Shown: positions 1-9,826 of the stretch, in pieces | How the letters are laid out: each line of letters starts with the position of its first letter | How positions within the stretch are numbered: position 1 is the first letter of the stretch | Notes under the pieces: model-generated | Seen by the model: the letters and a program-made list of their open reading frames with translations, nothing else | What the model was told of the DNA's origin: nothing | Database searches by the model: none | Position numbers and translations under genes: made by a program | Assembly: GCA_021648085.1 (NCBI GenBank) | Contig: JAKITS010000001.1 | Location: forward strand, 260,948-324,947 | DNA length: 64,000 nt | Origin: Candidatus Magasanikiibacteriota bacterium | GTDB taxonomy: Bacteria > Patescibacteriota > Patescibacteriia > Magasanikbacterales > UBA922 | Direction: 5' to 3'

Positions 1-1
1 T

Positions 2-559
2 ACATCGCAAGCTCCATTTGCACAATGGGACGATAGTAGATATCAGGATGGTTGTGAAGAGGCAAGCGTGTTAATGGCTTTGAGGTGGGCAAATGATGAG
101 AATTTGAGTAAAGAACAAGCCACAAAAGAGATAGCAGAAATGTCTGCTTGGGAAATGGAACAGTGGGGTAGTTTTCATGATAGCTCTACGGCAGACACAA
201 AAAGGCTATTAACAGAATATTATAATTATCCAAATGTAGAATTATTTTATGACATTACGATAAATGATATTAAAAAATATTTGGCCGACGGAAAGGTGGT
301 TATTATTCCTTCTGACGGAAGACTTTTGAATAATCCATATTTTGTAGCTCCTGGGCCAGAGATTCATATGCTTGTAATTCGTGGGTATGATGAGAAAAAA
401 AGTGAGTTTATCACCAATGATCCTGGTACAAAGCGTGGTGAAGAGTTTAGATATTCGTATAGCACTATTATGAGCTCATTGAGAGATTACAAAACAGGAT
501 CTCACGAGACTCCGCTTGCACAAAAAATAACTGCAATTTTAGTTGTTTCAAAAAAATAA
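2..559 (+). CDS. C39-like peptidase family protein (5'-truncated by window)
   Basis: Frame is open from base 2: TSQAPFAQWDDSRYQDGCEEAS (catalytic Cys context), later HMLVIRGYD and TNDPG motifs typical of C39-like peptidases. Confidence 0.8.
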   Translation, partial: TSQAPFAQWDDSRYQDGCEEASVLMALRWANDENLSKEQATKEIAEMSAWEMEQWGSFHDSSTADTKRLLTEYYNYPNVELFYDITINDIKKYLADGKVVIIPSDGRLLNNPYFVAPGPEIHMLVIRGYDEKKSEFITNDPGTKRGEEFRYSYSTIMSSLRDYKTGSHETPLAQKITAILVVSKK

Positions 560-600
560 AAGTGATATAATTTAAAAACTAAGTATTAATATATAAAACT

Positions 601-840
601 ATGAAAGTTTTGGTTTACAGTACGCCGACATGTCCTTATTGCCACAAGGCAAAAGATTACTTAAAAGAAAAAGGAGTAGAGTTTGAAGATATAAATGTGG
701 CAGAGGATAGCGAAAAAGCAGAAGAAATGCAAAAGAAATCTGGTCAGCTTGGAGTGCCAGTCTTAGATATTGGCGGAGAGATTTTGGTAGGTTTTGATAA
801 GACTCAAATTGATGAAGCTTTGGAAAAGGCAAAGAAATAG
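601..840 (+). CDS. Glutaredoxin/NrdH-like redoxin
   Basis: YSTPTCPYC and GVPV motifs, 79 aa. Confidence 0.92.
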   Translation: MKVLVYSTPTCPYCHKAKDYLKEKGVEFEDINVAEDSEKAEEMQKKSGQLGVPVLDIGGEILVGFDKTQIDEALEKAKK

Positions 841-898
841 TTTTTTGTAATCAATTGAAGAGGTGTCTTTGGATGCCTTTTCTTTTATCTAAATATTT

Positions 899-1480
899 AT
901 GGCAAGAGAAGTAGTATTCGACATAGAAACCACAGGAGACATTAGGAATTTTGCAGAATTAGAGATGACCGTTATTTCTATTTGTGAAATCGAAACAGGA
1001 AAATATTCATCTTATACAAAAGAGGAGCTGACAAATTTGTGGCCAATTTTGGAAAAAGCTGAGAGGTTGATTGGTTATAACAGTGAATCTTTTGATATTC
1101 CAATTTTGAATAAATATTATGCTGGAGATTTGAAAGGTTTTCCACATTTGGATTTGTTGAAAGTTATAAAAGAATCTTGTGGAAAAAGGTATAGGCTTAA
1201 TGATATTGCAAAAGCCACATTGCAGATAGAAAAGAGCGCAGACGGATTGCAAGCTATGAAATGGTGGGATGAAGGAAAAATAGATGAGATAAAAAAATAT
1301 TGTGAACAGGATGTAAAAGTGACAAAGGAAATTTATGAGTATGGTGTAAAAAATAAAATGCTTTATTACCCAACTATTACAGGTGACATATTACCAATCG
1401 CAGTAAATTTTGAAATGCCAGTTAGTCAAACTTCTGTAGGTGGAGTGGGTAATTCTATAAATTTGACTCTTCCATTGTAA
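899..1480 (+). CDS. RNase H-like (DEDD) 3'-5' exonuclease domain protein
   Basis: VFDIET, IGYN..FDIP, YCEQDV motifs. Confidence 0.85.
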   Translation: MAREVVFDIETTGDIRNFAELEMTVISICEIETGKYSSYTKEELTNLWPILEKAERLIGYNSESFDIPILNKYYAGDLKGFPHLDLLKVIKESCGKRYRLNDIAKATLQIEKSADGLQAMKWWDEGKIDEIKKYCEQDVKVTKEIYEYGVKNKMLYYPTITGDILPIAVNFEMPVSQTSVGGVGNSINLTLPL

Positions 1481-1484
1481 AAAT

Positions 1485-1586
1485 ATGAAAGCAGAAAATA
1501 TAGAAAGGATAATTAAAATTATTTTTAGAGTAATGGTGGTTGTAATAGTAATTATTGGTGGAATATATATTTGGAGTCAAATGTAA
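1485..1586 (+). CDS. Small single-TM protein (33 aa), absent from ORF track
   Basis: ATG 1485 to TAA 1586: MKAENIERIIKIIFRVMVVVIVIIGGIYIWSQM, starts 4 nt after the upstream stop. Confidence 0.5.
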   Translation: MKAENIERIIKIIFRVMVVVIVIIGGIYIWSQM

Positions 1587-1641
1587 ACTACTTAAATAAA
1601 ATAAAAATGGTATAATAGACTTACTTAAAAAGTAAGTTTAT

Positions 1642-2751
1642 TTGTTTGTGATAAAAAAACTAAAACAATCTAAATATTTTAAGAAACTGCAAAGTCTACA
1701 GAAAAAGTATGAGCGATTTATGTTGCCGGCTTTTTTGCTTGGTGGTGTTATTATGGATGCTATTACTTTTAGGACTATTCAGCTAAATGTAGTTTTTATA
1801 ATACTTGGTGTTTATATTGTCTTGGCAGGGTTTGCGATAGCTTTTATGAATTATTACGATAGTAGTGGTTTGGAATATAGAACTATTTATTGGAGTTATC
1901 TACGGCTTTATGTGCCACTCCTTATCCAATTTACTTTTGGTGCACTGCTTAGTGCTTCACTTATATTTTATTGGTTTAGTGGGGCTTTTTCTGCGAGCTG
2001 GCCATTTGTCTTGGTTATCGCTGGGCTTATGGTGTCCAACGATATTTTTAGAAAATATTATTTGAAGCCTATTGTACAAATTGGCGTTTACTTTTTTATA
2101 CTTTTTTCAATTTCGGTTTTATTTTTATCTTTTTTATTAAATACTGTAAGCGCTTGGCCTTTTGTACTTGGTGGTTTTGTAAGTTTAGGTTTAATTTCCT
2201 TATATATTTATTTGCTTTCCAGGATTGTGCCAAGTATAAAAAGAAAGAAAGCTTATTTTGTACTTGTGATTGCAGTTATTTTTTCTGGAATGTATTTTTT
2301 GTACTTTGCAAACATAATTCCACCAATTCCACTTGCATTACGTGAAGCAGGGGTTTATCATAGTATAGAGAGAAAAGCAGGAAAATATATACTTATATCT
2401 GAAGTAGAAAACTTTTTTGATAAAATAATTCCTGGGCAAACGGTACATATAAAAGAAGGTGAAAAAGTTTATGTGTATTCTGCAATTTTTGCTCCGTCCG
2501 ATCTTGAGGCAAAGATTTATCACAGTTGGCAATATCATAATGGGAATGAGTGGATTGATAGAGATAGGGTTGGTTTTTCTATTGTTGGTGGGCGAGACAA
2601 TGGTTTTCGTGGTTATTCATTTAAGACTAATCCTAATGCTGGAAGCTGGCGAGTTTTGGTAGAAACAGAGCGCGGACAAGTTGTAGGGCGAGTTAAGTTT
2701 GAGGTTGAAAAAGTGGAAGAAAAAGTAGATTTAATAAAGGTTATAAAATAA
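1642..2751 (+). CDS. Membrane protein with C-terminal DUF2914-like domain
   Basis: About 8 TM helices, then VYVYSAIFAP...GGRDNGFRGYSFK...GSWRVLVET. Confidence 0.8.
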   Translation: MFVIKKLKQSKYFKKLQSLQKKYERFMLPAFLLGGVIMDAITFRTIQLNVVFIILGVYIVLAGFAIAFMNYYDSSGLEYRTIYWSYLRLYVPLLIQFTFGALLSASLIFYWFSGAFSASWPFVLVIAGLMVSNDIFRKYYLKPIVQIGVYFFILFSISVLFLSFLLNTVSAWPFVLGGFVSLGLISLYIYLLSRIVPSIKRKKAYFVLVIAVIFSGMYFLYFANIIPPIPLALREAGVYHSIERKAGKYILISEVENFFDKIIPGQTVHIKEGEKVYVYSAIFAPSDLEAKIYHSWQYHNGNEWIDRDRVGFSIVGGRDNGFRGYSFKTNPNAGSWRVLVETERGQVVGRVKFEVEKVEEKVDLIKVIK

Positions 2752-2761
2752 TAAGTATTAT

Positions 2762-3334
2762 ATGAAAAAAAGACTTATAACTTGGGGAATTATAATTGTT
2801 ACTATTTTTGCGGTTATTTGGCTTGCAAAAAGTCCTACAAATGAGGAAATAAATGAGGCTGCAGAGACTTTTCAATCTAGTCTTGTGGAGATTGGGATAG
2901 AAGAAGTTGGACAACCAATTGAAGGTTTTGATGCTTACATGCTTCTGCATGCATTTCCAGGACTTTTTGAGGCAGATTTTGGTGGTGTAAAGTCTTTGGA
3001 GGGTGTATATGAATATAAAGATGGGGAATTGCTATACAAAAGGACTGCAGGCCAGCCTGTGACTTCTGCAGAGCAAACTGTTTCAAACGAAGGTTATGAG
3101 AAATTATTGGAAAATGTAAGTGAGAGATTGGACATAAAAATAGATGGCGATAAATCAGCAAAGGAATTGGTGGAAGAGTTGTTGAAAAGAGAAGAAGCAA
3201 AAGGTGGTATTTTCTTGGATGGAAGTTTTATTACAAATTTTGAGGAATGCGCTAATGCGGGAAATTCAATCATGGAAAGTTATCCTAGGCAATGCAGGTC
3301 AGAAGATGGAAATTTGTTTGTAGAGGAAATTTAA
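2762..3334 (+). CDS. Hypothetical membrane-anchored protein with C-terminal Cys motif
   Basis: N-terminal TM; C-terminal FEECANAGNSIMESYPRQC motif common in CPR exported proteins. Confidence 0.65.
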   Translation: MKKRLITWGIIIVTIFAVIWLAKSPTNEEINEAAETFQSSLVEIGIEEVGQPIEGFDAYMLLHAFPGLFEADFGGVKSLEGVYEYKDGELLYKRTAGQPVTSAEQTVSNEGYEKLLENVSERLDIKIDGDKSAKELVEELLKREEAKGGIFLDGSFITNFEECANAGNSIMESYPRQCRSEDGNLFVEEI

Positions 3335-3408
3335 ATAAATATTTTTAAACTAATTTTATTGTGATATACTTGACTTAATTAAAAAAAAGCTAGTATCATT
3401 TATTTAAT

Positions 3409-3735
3409 ATGAGTTTAATCAAAAAAACTAAAGATCAAATTTTAAAATTAATTTTGGGCGATTTAGTACCAAGAGAACTTTTAGAATTGCACGATTATTT
3501 CAGGCTTTATAATAATATAGCTTTTGATTTTAAGAAAGGAAAAAATGGTGAGCAAATTGCGATAAGTAATAATTTTCGTTATGGCTCTATCATAACTTCT
3601 GGAAAAAATGTAAAAGAACTAGATAAAAATATAAAAGATGCGATTCTTACTTCTTTTGGAGTTCCATCTTCATATAAAAAAGAAACTAAAGTTTATAAGG
3701 TGGGTAAACGTAGTAAGGAATATGCCCTCGCTTAG
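3409..3735 (+). CDS. HicB-like antitoxin
   Basis: IITSGKNVKELDKNIKDAI resembles the HicB T-x-G-x-T/N-x-x-E...I-K-x-A-I core; overlaps the HicA-like gene. Confidence 0.6.
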   Translation: MSLIKKTKDQILKLILGDLVPRELLELHDYFRLYNNIAFDFKKGKNGEQIAISNNFRYGSIITSGKNVKELDKNIKDAILTSFGVPSSYKKETKVYKVGKRSKEYALA

Positions 3736-3963
3736 TGAACTACCAAAAAAAATAAAAGAAGAAAATTTATCAAGGCATTAAATCGTTTTGGTTTTATTAT
3801 AGATAAAAAAGGTGGAAATGGTAGTCATTTTAAAATTACTTGGAAAAATCAAAAATCTTTCACTATTCCAAAAAGATTAGAAAAAGATGTTTTATATTAT
3901 ATTCTTCAAGAAATTGAAAATATAAGTTGTGTAACTTGGGATCAAATAAAAAATAAATTATAA
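3722..3963 (+). pseudogene. HicA-like mRNA interferase toxin, split by a -1 frameshift in an A-rich tract
   Basis: MPSLSELPKKIK in frame 0 stops at 3781; -1 frame continues RRKFIKALNRFGFIIDKKGGNGSHFKITWKNQKSFTIP...KNKL*, which contains the HicA GSH motif. Confidence 0.7.
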
Positions 3964-3967
3964 AATA

Positions 3968-4002
3968 AAAAAGAGAGTTGAATATTCAACTCTCTTTTTT
4001 TT
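3968..4002. terminator. Bidirectional intrinsic terminator
   Basis: Perfect palindrome AAAAAGAGAGTTGAATATTCAACTCTCTTTTT between convergent genes. Confidence 0.8.
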
Positions 4003-4006
4003 GTTT

Positions 4007-4690
4007 CTAAAAAATTTCAAAGTGGATTTGAGAGTTTTCTATATTATTTTTAATTAGAGTTTGGCGGATTTCGGAGACCATAGCCTGATTTCCGCACATA
4101 AAGTATTTGTAGCTTGATGATGGGTGATTGAAGTAAAGTGTGACGCGTCCTTGCATACCACTCCAATTTTCACTTGGCTGAGAAAGTGTCAGCATATATG
4201 TAAAGTTTGAATATCCTTTTTCTAGATTTTCTATTTCTTCTTGCCAAATAATATTGTTTTCAGAGCGAAATCCCAAAAGTAAGTGGATTTTATTTTTATT
4301 CCCCTTATTTTTCAGTTGATCTTTAATAATGGACATTGTTGGTGCAAGTCCAGTTCCGGTTGCTACAAAAAATAGTGAATTACCACTTTCTTCCTCAGAA
4401 AATCTTCCTATAGCCCCTTTCATTTTTATAATATCTCCACTTTTTAAATTCCTTAGATATTCAGAAGCAATTCCGTCTTTTATCAATTTTACACAAAAAA
4501 GTAAAGTTCCATCATTTGGACTAGAAGCTATAGAATAAGAGCGTAAAACTTCTTTTTCTGCGGTTGGAACTATAAATTGTAAAAATTGTCCAGCATTAAA
4601 ACTAAAGTCTGTTGGCTTTTCTGTTTCTATAGAAATCGTATTTTTGGCGATTTCTTTTGTATTTATAATTTTACTCTCAAAAGTTTGCAT
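4007..4690 (-). CDS. FAD/NAD(P)-binding oxidoreductase (ferredoxin-NADP reductase-like)
   Basis: RSYSIAS, GIASEYL, ATGTGLAP, MCG, terminal HFEIF. Confidence 0.9.
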   Translation of the reverse strand: MQTFESKIINTKEIAKNTISIETEKPTDFSFNAGQFLQFIVPTAEKEVLRSYSIASSPNDGTLLFCVKLIKDGIASEYLRNLKSGDIIKMKGAIGRFSEEESGNSLFFVATGTGLAPTMSIIKDQLKNKGNKNKIHLLLGFRSENNIIWQEEIENLEKGYSNFTYMLTLSQPSENWSGMQGRVTLYFNHPSSSYKYFMCGNQAMVSEIRQTLIKNNIENSQIHFEIF

Positions 4691-4696
4691 ATTTGG

Positions 4697-4744
4697 TTGA
4701 CAAAAGTGGATTATTGTTATATCATACTAATTCAGTATGAGATA
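4697..4744 (+). promoter_or_regulatory. sigma70 promoter with overlapping 11-5-11 inverted repeat (candidate Rrf2 operator)
   Basis: TTGACA 4697-4702, 17 bp, TATCAT 4720-4725; TATATCATACT-AATTC-AGTATGAGATA (1 mismatch) at 4718-4744. Confidence 0.7.
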
Positions 4745-4905
4745 AGAGATTATCTTTAAACACGCTTTCGTTAGCGAAATTTCTAAATTTTGAACGAGAC
4801 GAAAAGAAAAAATCTTTGCCCTGCGTAGTATCGGAAATATTTTTTCTTGAAGTCGCAGTCAAAATTTAAAGATTTGGGTAGAAATGGTGTTTAGTGATAA
4901 TCTCT
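4745..4905. repeat. About 160-nt long imperfect hairpin in the rrf2 leader (REPIN/MITE-like or cis-regulatory RNA)
   Basis: Nested complementary arms AGAGATTATC/GATAATCTCT, TAAACAC/GTGTTTA, TAAATTTTGA/TCAAAATTTA, AAGAAAAAAT/ATTTTTTCTT. Confidence 0.65.
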
Positions 4906-4909
4906 AATT

Positions 4910-5311
4910 ATGATAAAACTTAGCAAGGAATTAGACTATACAATTCAATTTCTAATAGCGCTGTCTCGCCAAGAAGAAAATGCGCCTCTTAGTGTTCGCA
5001 AGTTCTCTAAAAACACTACCATATCTTTCCTTTTTTTACAACGAATTGCTGGCAAATTGCGTGAAGCCGAAATTGTAAAATCTACAAAAGGTGTGAATGG
5101 AGGATATGTTTTGTTAAAACAGTTGAACGAATTGACTTTGAAAGACATATCAGAAATCATAGACGGCGAACAAAGTATTGTAGAATGTTTTAAGTATAAC
5201 AGAAATTGCAAAATGGTGGCAGAGTGCCAAACAATTAGCGTGTTTCAAAAAATAAATATAGATATTTTAAATTATTTATCTAGTGTAACTATAGACAAAT
5301 ATGTTGCCTAA
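4910..5311 (+). CDS. Rrf2-family (IscR-like) transcriptional regulator
   Basis: wHTH with STKGVNGGY; C-x5-C-x5-C near the C-terminus. Confidence 0.9.
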   Translation: MIKLSKELDYTIQFLIALSRQEENAPLSVRKFSKNTTISFLFLQRIAGKLREAEIVKSTKGVNGGYVLLKQLNELTLKDISEIIDGEQSIVECFKYNRNCKMVAECQTISVFQKINIDILNYLSSVTIDKYVA

Positions 5312-6506
5312 AAAACCAAAAAATAAGCAGAATGTCTATTTGGACAATGCTGCGACAACTAGAATAGATAGAAATATTGCAAAAATAATGAATTCTTTTA
5401 TAGAGGATAATTTTGCAAACCCTTCTTCTATTTATACCGCTGGCGTAAAAGCAAAAGAAACTTTAAATGGTGCGCGTGAACTTATTGCAGAAAATCTAAA
5501 GACAAACAAAAATAATATAATTTTTACAGGAAGTGGAACAGAGTCAAATAATTTGGCGATTTTTGGAGTTGTTCGCAAGAATTTTAAAAAAGGTGAAATT
5601 ATTACAACAGAAACAGAACATCACTCAGTTTTGGAACCAATCAAAAAGTTGGAGGAAATTGGATTTAAAATAAAATATTTGCCGGTAGATGAAAATGGTT
5701 TGGTAAATGTAAAAGATTTGAAAAAAGCATTGAACAAAAATACAGCTTTGGTTTCTGTAATGTATGCAAATAATGAGATTGGAACTGTTCAACCAATTGC
5801 AGAAATTGGCAAAGCGATTTTGAGATTTAGAAAACAGAATAAAGATTCAAAAGTTATATTTCACACCGATGCTTGTCAAGCTGTAGGAGCTTTAGAATTG
5901 GCGGTAGAGCGACTGCATGTGGATTTGATGACTATGAATGGGAGTAAGATTTACGGGCCAAAAGGAGTCGGAATTTTGTATAAGAAAAAAGGTTTAGAGT
6001 TGGAACCTTTAATTTATGGTGGAAAGCAGGAAATGGGTTTGAGAGCGGGAACAGAAAATACAGCAGGAATAGTTGGAATTGCACTTGCACTAGATTCTGC
6101 AAATAAAAATAAAGAAAAAAATAATAAGAAAATTGAAAAAGTAAGAGATTATTTTTGGAAAGAAATAAAATTGAAAAGTGAAAATATAAAATTAAATGGT
6201 GTAGAATTTGGAGAAAAAAGATTAGTAAATAATTTGAATGTTTCTTTTGAAGGATTAAGTGGAGAAAGTCTGATGTTTTATTTGGATCAGTACGGAGTTA
6301 GTTGCTCAACAGGTTCAGCTTGTACTTCAGAAACAGAAGAATTGTCTCATGTTTTGAGAGTGTGTGGATACTCAAAAGAAAGAAATTTGGCAAGTGTTAG
6401 GTTTAGTCTTGGGAAAAATACGACAAAAAAAGAAATAGATTATGTGATGAAGTTTTTGCCAGGAATTGTGGAAAATTTAAGAGAAGTAGAGAAAATACAG
6501 AAATAA
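5301..6506 (+). CDS. iscS: Cysteine desulfurase, group I (IscS/NifS)
   Basis: YLDNAATT, GSGTESNN, KIYGPKG, STGSAC. Confidence 0.93.
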   Translation: MLPKKPKNKQNVYLDNAATTRIDRNIAKIMNSFIEDNFANPSSIYTAGVKAKETLNGARELIAENLKTNKNNIIFTGSGTESNNLAIFGVVRKNFKKGEIITTETEHHSVLEPIKKLEEIGFKIKYLPVDENGLVNVKDLKKALNKNTALVSVMYANNEIGTVQPIAEIGKAILRFRKQNKDSKVIFHTDACQAVGALELAVERLHVDLMTMNGSKIYGPKGVGILYKKKGLELEPLIYGGKQEMGLRAGTENTAGIVGIALALDSANKNKEKNNKKIEKVRDYFWKEIKLKSENIKLNGVEFGEKRLVNNLNVSFEGLSGESLMFYLDQYGVSCSTGSACTSETEELSHVLRVCGYSKERNLASVRFSLGKNTTKKEIDYVMKFLPGIVENLREVEKIQK

Positions 6507-6508
6507 GT

Positions 6509-7927
6509 ATGAATGTAGCAGAGCAGAAAATTCTAGATGGATTGAAAAAGAACCGTGAGCTTTATGATAAAGCTGATGGTGATTTTTCTCTTTTCAAAAC
6601 AAAACCGGGAATTACACGCGGGGTGGTTTTGGAAATTTCAAAACAAAAAGATGAGCCAGAATGGATGCTAGAAAAAAGGCTGAAAGCGTATGATTTGTTT
6701 GTGAAAAAAGAAATGCCAAAATGGGGGCCAAACTTGAGTGATTTAAATTTGGATGAAATAGTTTATTATACAAAACCAGATGCAGAGGAATCTGTAAATT
6801 GGGAGGATGTGCCAGAAGAAATAAAAAAAACCTTTGATAGATTGGGAATTCCAGAAGCCGAGAAAAAATCTTTGGCCGGAGCTGGTGCACAATATGATTC
6901 TGGAATTATTTATCATAATATTCAGGAGAGTTTAAAAAAGCAGGGAGTGGTTTTTGAAAACATGGATACGGCTGTAAAAAAATATCCAGAGTTGGTGAAA
7001 AAGCATTTTATGAATCAGTGTGTTCCTATAAACGATCACAAATTTGCAATGCTTCACGCGGCTGTTTGGTCTGGTGGAACTTTTATTTATATTCCAAAAA
7101 ATGTAAAAGTGACATTGCCACTTCAGGCGTATTTTCGTATGAACGCAATGGCAGGCGGACAGTTTGAACACACTTTGATAATTGCAGACGAGGGAAGCGA
7201 GGTTCAATATATAGAAGGGTGTTCGGCTCCACGCTACGCTGTAAATTCTTTGCATGCTGGTTGTGTGGAAATTTTTGTTGGAAAAGGTGCACGCGTTCGT
7301 TATTATTCTATAGAAAACTGGTCAAAAAATACTTATAATTTAAATACAAAAAGAGCGTTGGTAGATGAAGATGGGGTGATAGAATGGATAAATGGAAATT
7401 TGGGTTCTGGTGTGACGATGCTTTATCCTTGTTCTGTTTTGCGTGGCAAAAATTCGTGCTCAGATAGTTTGGGAATTGCGTTTGCTGGAAATGGTCAAAA
7501 TCAAGATGCTGGCACAAAAGTAATTCACGCAGCAGAAAATACAAAGTCAAACATAAAAGCAAAATCAATTTCTGTGGATGGTGGAATTTCTACTTATCGT
7601 GGAATGGTTTTTGTAAATAAAAAAGCAAAAAATTCTTCTGTTTCTGTAGAATGCGATGCACTTTTGATGGGGAAAAAATCTATTTCAAATACAATTCCAA
7701 CAATGAAAATTCAAAATAAAGATGTAGATATAACACACGAAGCGCGTGCAGGAAAAATTGGCGAAGAAGAAATTTTTTATTTAATGAGTAAGGGTTTTTC
7801 TGAAGAGGAAGCTGTAAAATTGGTTGTGTCTGGTTTTATGGAACCAATTGTAAAAGCATTGCCACTTGAATATGCTTTGGAATTAAATAGATTGATTGAG
7901 TTGGAAATGGAAAATTCTGTGGGTTAG
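6509..7927 (+). CDS. sufB: Fe-S cluster assembly protein SufB
   Basis: GQFEHTLII, YIEGCSAP, LHAGCVE, PLEYALELNRLI. Confidence 0.96.
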   Translation: MNVAEQKILDGLKKNRELYDKADGDFSLFKTKPGITRGVVLEISKQKDEPEWMLEKRLKAYDLFVKKEMPKWGPNLSDLNLDEIVYYTKPDAEESVNWEDVPEEIKKTFDRLGIPEAEKKSLAGAGAQYDSGIIYHNIQESLKKQGVVFENMDTAVKKYPELVKKHFMNQCVPINDHKFAMLHAAVWSGGTFIYIPKNVKVTLPLQAYFRMNAMAGGQFEHTLIIADEGSEVQYIEGCSAPRYAVNSLHAGCVEIFVGKGARVRYYSIENWSKNTYNLNTKRALVDEDGVIEWINGNLGSGVTMLYPCSVLRGKNSCSDSLGIAFAGNGQNQDAGTKVIHAAENTKSNIKAKSISVDGGISTYRGMVFVNKKAKNSSVSVECDALLMGKKSISNTIPTMKIQNKDVDITHEARAGKIGEEEIFYLMSKGFSEEEAVKLVVSGFMEPIVKALPLEYALELNRLIELEMENSVG

Positions 7928-7948
7928 GTTTTTTAGCGATAAATTATT

Positions 7949-8635
7949 ATGAACAAAACTTTAAATATAAAATCCAATAAAGAAATAAAAATAGATGTTT
8001 CTGAAATAAGGAATTTGAATATTGTGGTAGAAAAAAATGTAAAAGCACAGTGTATTTTGAATTTTGGTGGAAATTTTGACTTGAACAATAAAGTTGTTAT
8101 TAAGGCTGGTGCAGAGCTGAAAATTTACAATATTTTTAATGGTGATAGCGGTAGAGAATCGCTAAGTTTAGAGCTAATTGGTGAAGGAGCTGTTGGAGAG
8201 GTGTATAGTGTTGGAAATTTGAAAAAAAAAGATAAATTTGAGCTAAATCACAATGCATTGCACACGGCTGATAAAACTAGTTCAAATATTTATTCTGCAT
8301 TTGTGGTGGATGATAATTCACAGTTGAGTTTGAAAGAAGAAGTTTGTGTAAAGCATAATGCAGACAACTGCATAGGATCTCAAAAGGCAGAAATTTTGAT
8401 GTTGAGTGAAAATGCAAAAGTCCAAGTCGCTCCAAATTTGAAAATTGAAAACGAAAATGTAAAGTGTTCGCATGGTGTGAGTATTACAAAATTCAATGAA
8501 GAAAAAAAGTTTTATTTAAATACAAAAGGTTTGAATGAAAAACAAGTTGAAGAAATTTTGGTTTCTGGACATTTGTCAAAAGCTATAAAAAATTTGAGTG
8601 AAGAAATGCAAAATACCATATTAAAAAATATATGA
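7949..8635 (+). CDS. sufD: SufD-like protein (short)
   Basis: PNLKIENENVKCSHG, FYLNTKG; position in operon. Confidence 0.85.
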   Translation: MNKTLNIKSNKEIKIDVSEIRNLNIVVEKNVKAQCILNFGGNFDLNNKVVIKAGAELKIYNIFNGDSGRESLSLELIGEGAVGEVYSVGNLKKKDKFELNHNALHTADKTSSNIYSAFVVDDNSQLSLKEEVCVKHNADNCIGSQKAEILMLSENAKVQVAPNLKIENENVKCSHGVSITKFNEEKKFYLNTKGLNEKQVEEILVSGHLSKAIKNLSEEMQNTILKNI

Positions 8636-9825
8636 AATTAGGAAAAAACATAAAAAAAGATTTTAAAATTTTTGATTCTAGTGGTTTGGTCTATCTTGAT
8701 AATGCGTCGACTGCGCAAATCCCAAATGTAGTGGTTGAAGAAATTTCAAAATTTTATAATGAAAAATCAAATGTTCATCGTGGTGCTTACAAACTAAGTG
8801 AAAATGCAAGCCAAAAATATGAAGATGCAAGAAAGGTTATTGCAGAGTTTTTGTCTGCAGAAAGCCAAGAAATCGTATTAATAAATGGAACCACATCAGG
8901 ATTAAACATGCTTGCACAAATCCTTTGTAAAGACCTGAAAGTCGGTGATAACATTGTACTAACTAGATTGGAGCATCACGCAAATTTGATTCCTTGGCAG
9001 CAGATTTCAAAAGATAAAGGGTTTGAAATTAGGTTTATAGAGTTAAATGAAAAGCTAGAATTGGATTTGGAAAGTGCAAAAAAATTAATAAATAAAAAAA
9101 CAAAGGTAGTTTCTTTTGCACATATTTCAAACGCACTTGGAGTAATAGCGCCAGCAAAAAAACTAATTGAAATTGCAAAAAAAGTTGGTGCAATAACAGT
9201 TTTAGATGGCGCGCAATCTACAGTTTCAATAGAAATAAATGTAAAAGATTTGGATTGTGACTTCTTTGTTTTTTCTGGTCACAAACTTTATGGACCAACT
9301 GGGATTGGTGTAATTTTTGGAAAAAAGGAGTTGCTGGAAAAATTGGAACCAGTAAATTTTGGTGGTGATATGATTTCAAAAGTTAGCTACGAGAATGCAG
9401 TTTGGAATGAAGTACCGTTTAAATTTGAAGCCGGCACTCCGCCAATTGCGCAAGTTATCGGGCTTGCAAAATCTATAAAATATCTACAAAATATTGGAAT
9501 GAAGGCTATTTTGGAGCATGAACAAAATGTGTGTTCATATGCCATAAAAAGACTAAAAGAAATAGAAGGTTTAAAGATTTTGGGCGAGTACGCTGAGCGA
9601 ATTTCTATAATTTCTTTTGTCATTGAGGGAGTACATCCGCACGACATCGCTAGTATATTGGATAGTCAAAATATTGCAGTTCGTGCTGGACATCATTGCA
9701 CAATGCCGTTAATGAAACATTTGGGAATAAACGGTACAACTAGAATTTCATTTGGGATTTATAATAATGAGGAAGATGTAGATAAATTGGTAGAAGGTTT
9801 AAAAAAAGTAAAGGAATTATTTTAA
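8632..9825 (+). CDS. sufS: Cysteine desulfurase SufS (group II)
   Basis: SGHKLYGPTGIG, FEAGTP, RAGHHC. Confidence 0.95.
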   Translation: MKLGKNIKKDFKIFDSSGLVYLDNASTAQIPNVVVEEISKFYNEKSNVHRGAYKLSENASQKYEDARKVIAEFLSAESQEIVLINGTTSGLNMLAQILCKDLKVGDNIVLTRLEHHANLIPWQQISKDKGFEIRFIELNEKLELDLESAKKLINKKTKVVSFAHISNALGVIAPAKKLIEIAKKVGAITVLDGAQSTVSIEINVKDLDCDFFVFSGHKLYGPTGIGVIFGKKELLEKLEPVNFGGDMISKVSYENAVWNEVPFKFEAGTPPIAQVIGLAKSIKYLQNIGMKAILEHEQNVCSYAIKRLKEIEGLKILGEYAERISIISFVIEGVHPHDIASILDSQNIAVRAGHHCTMPLMKHLGINGTTRISFGIYNNEEDVDKLVEGLKKVKELF

Positions 9826-9826
9826 T

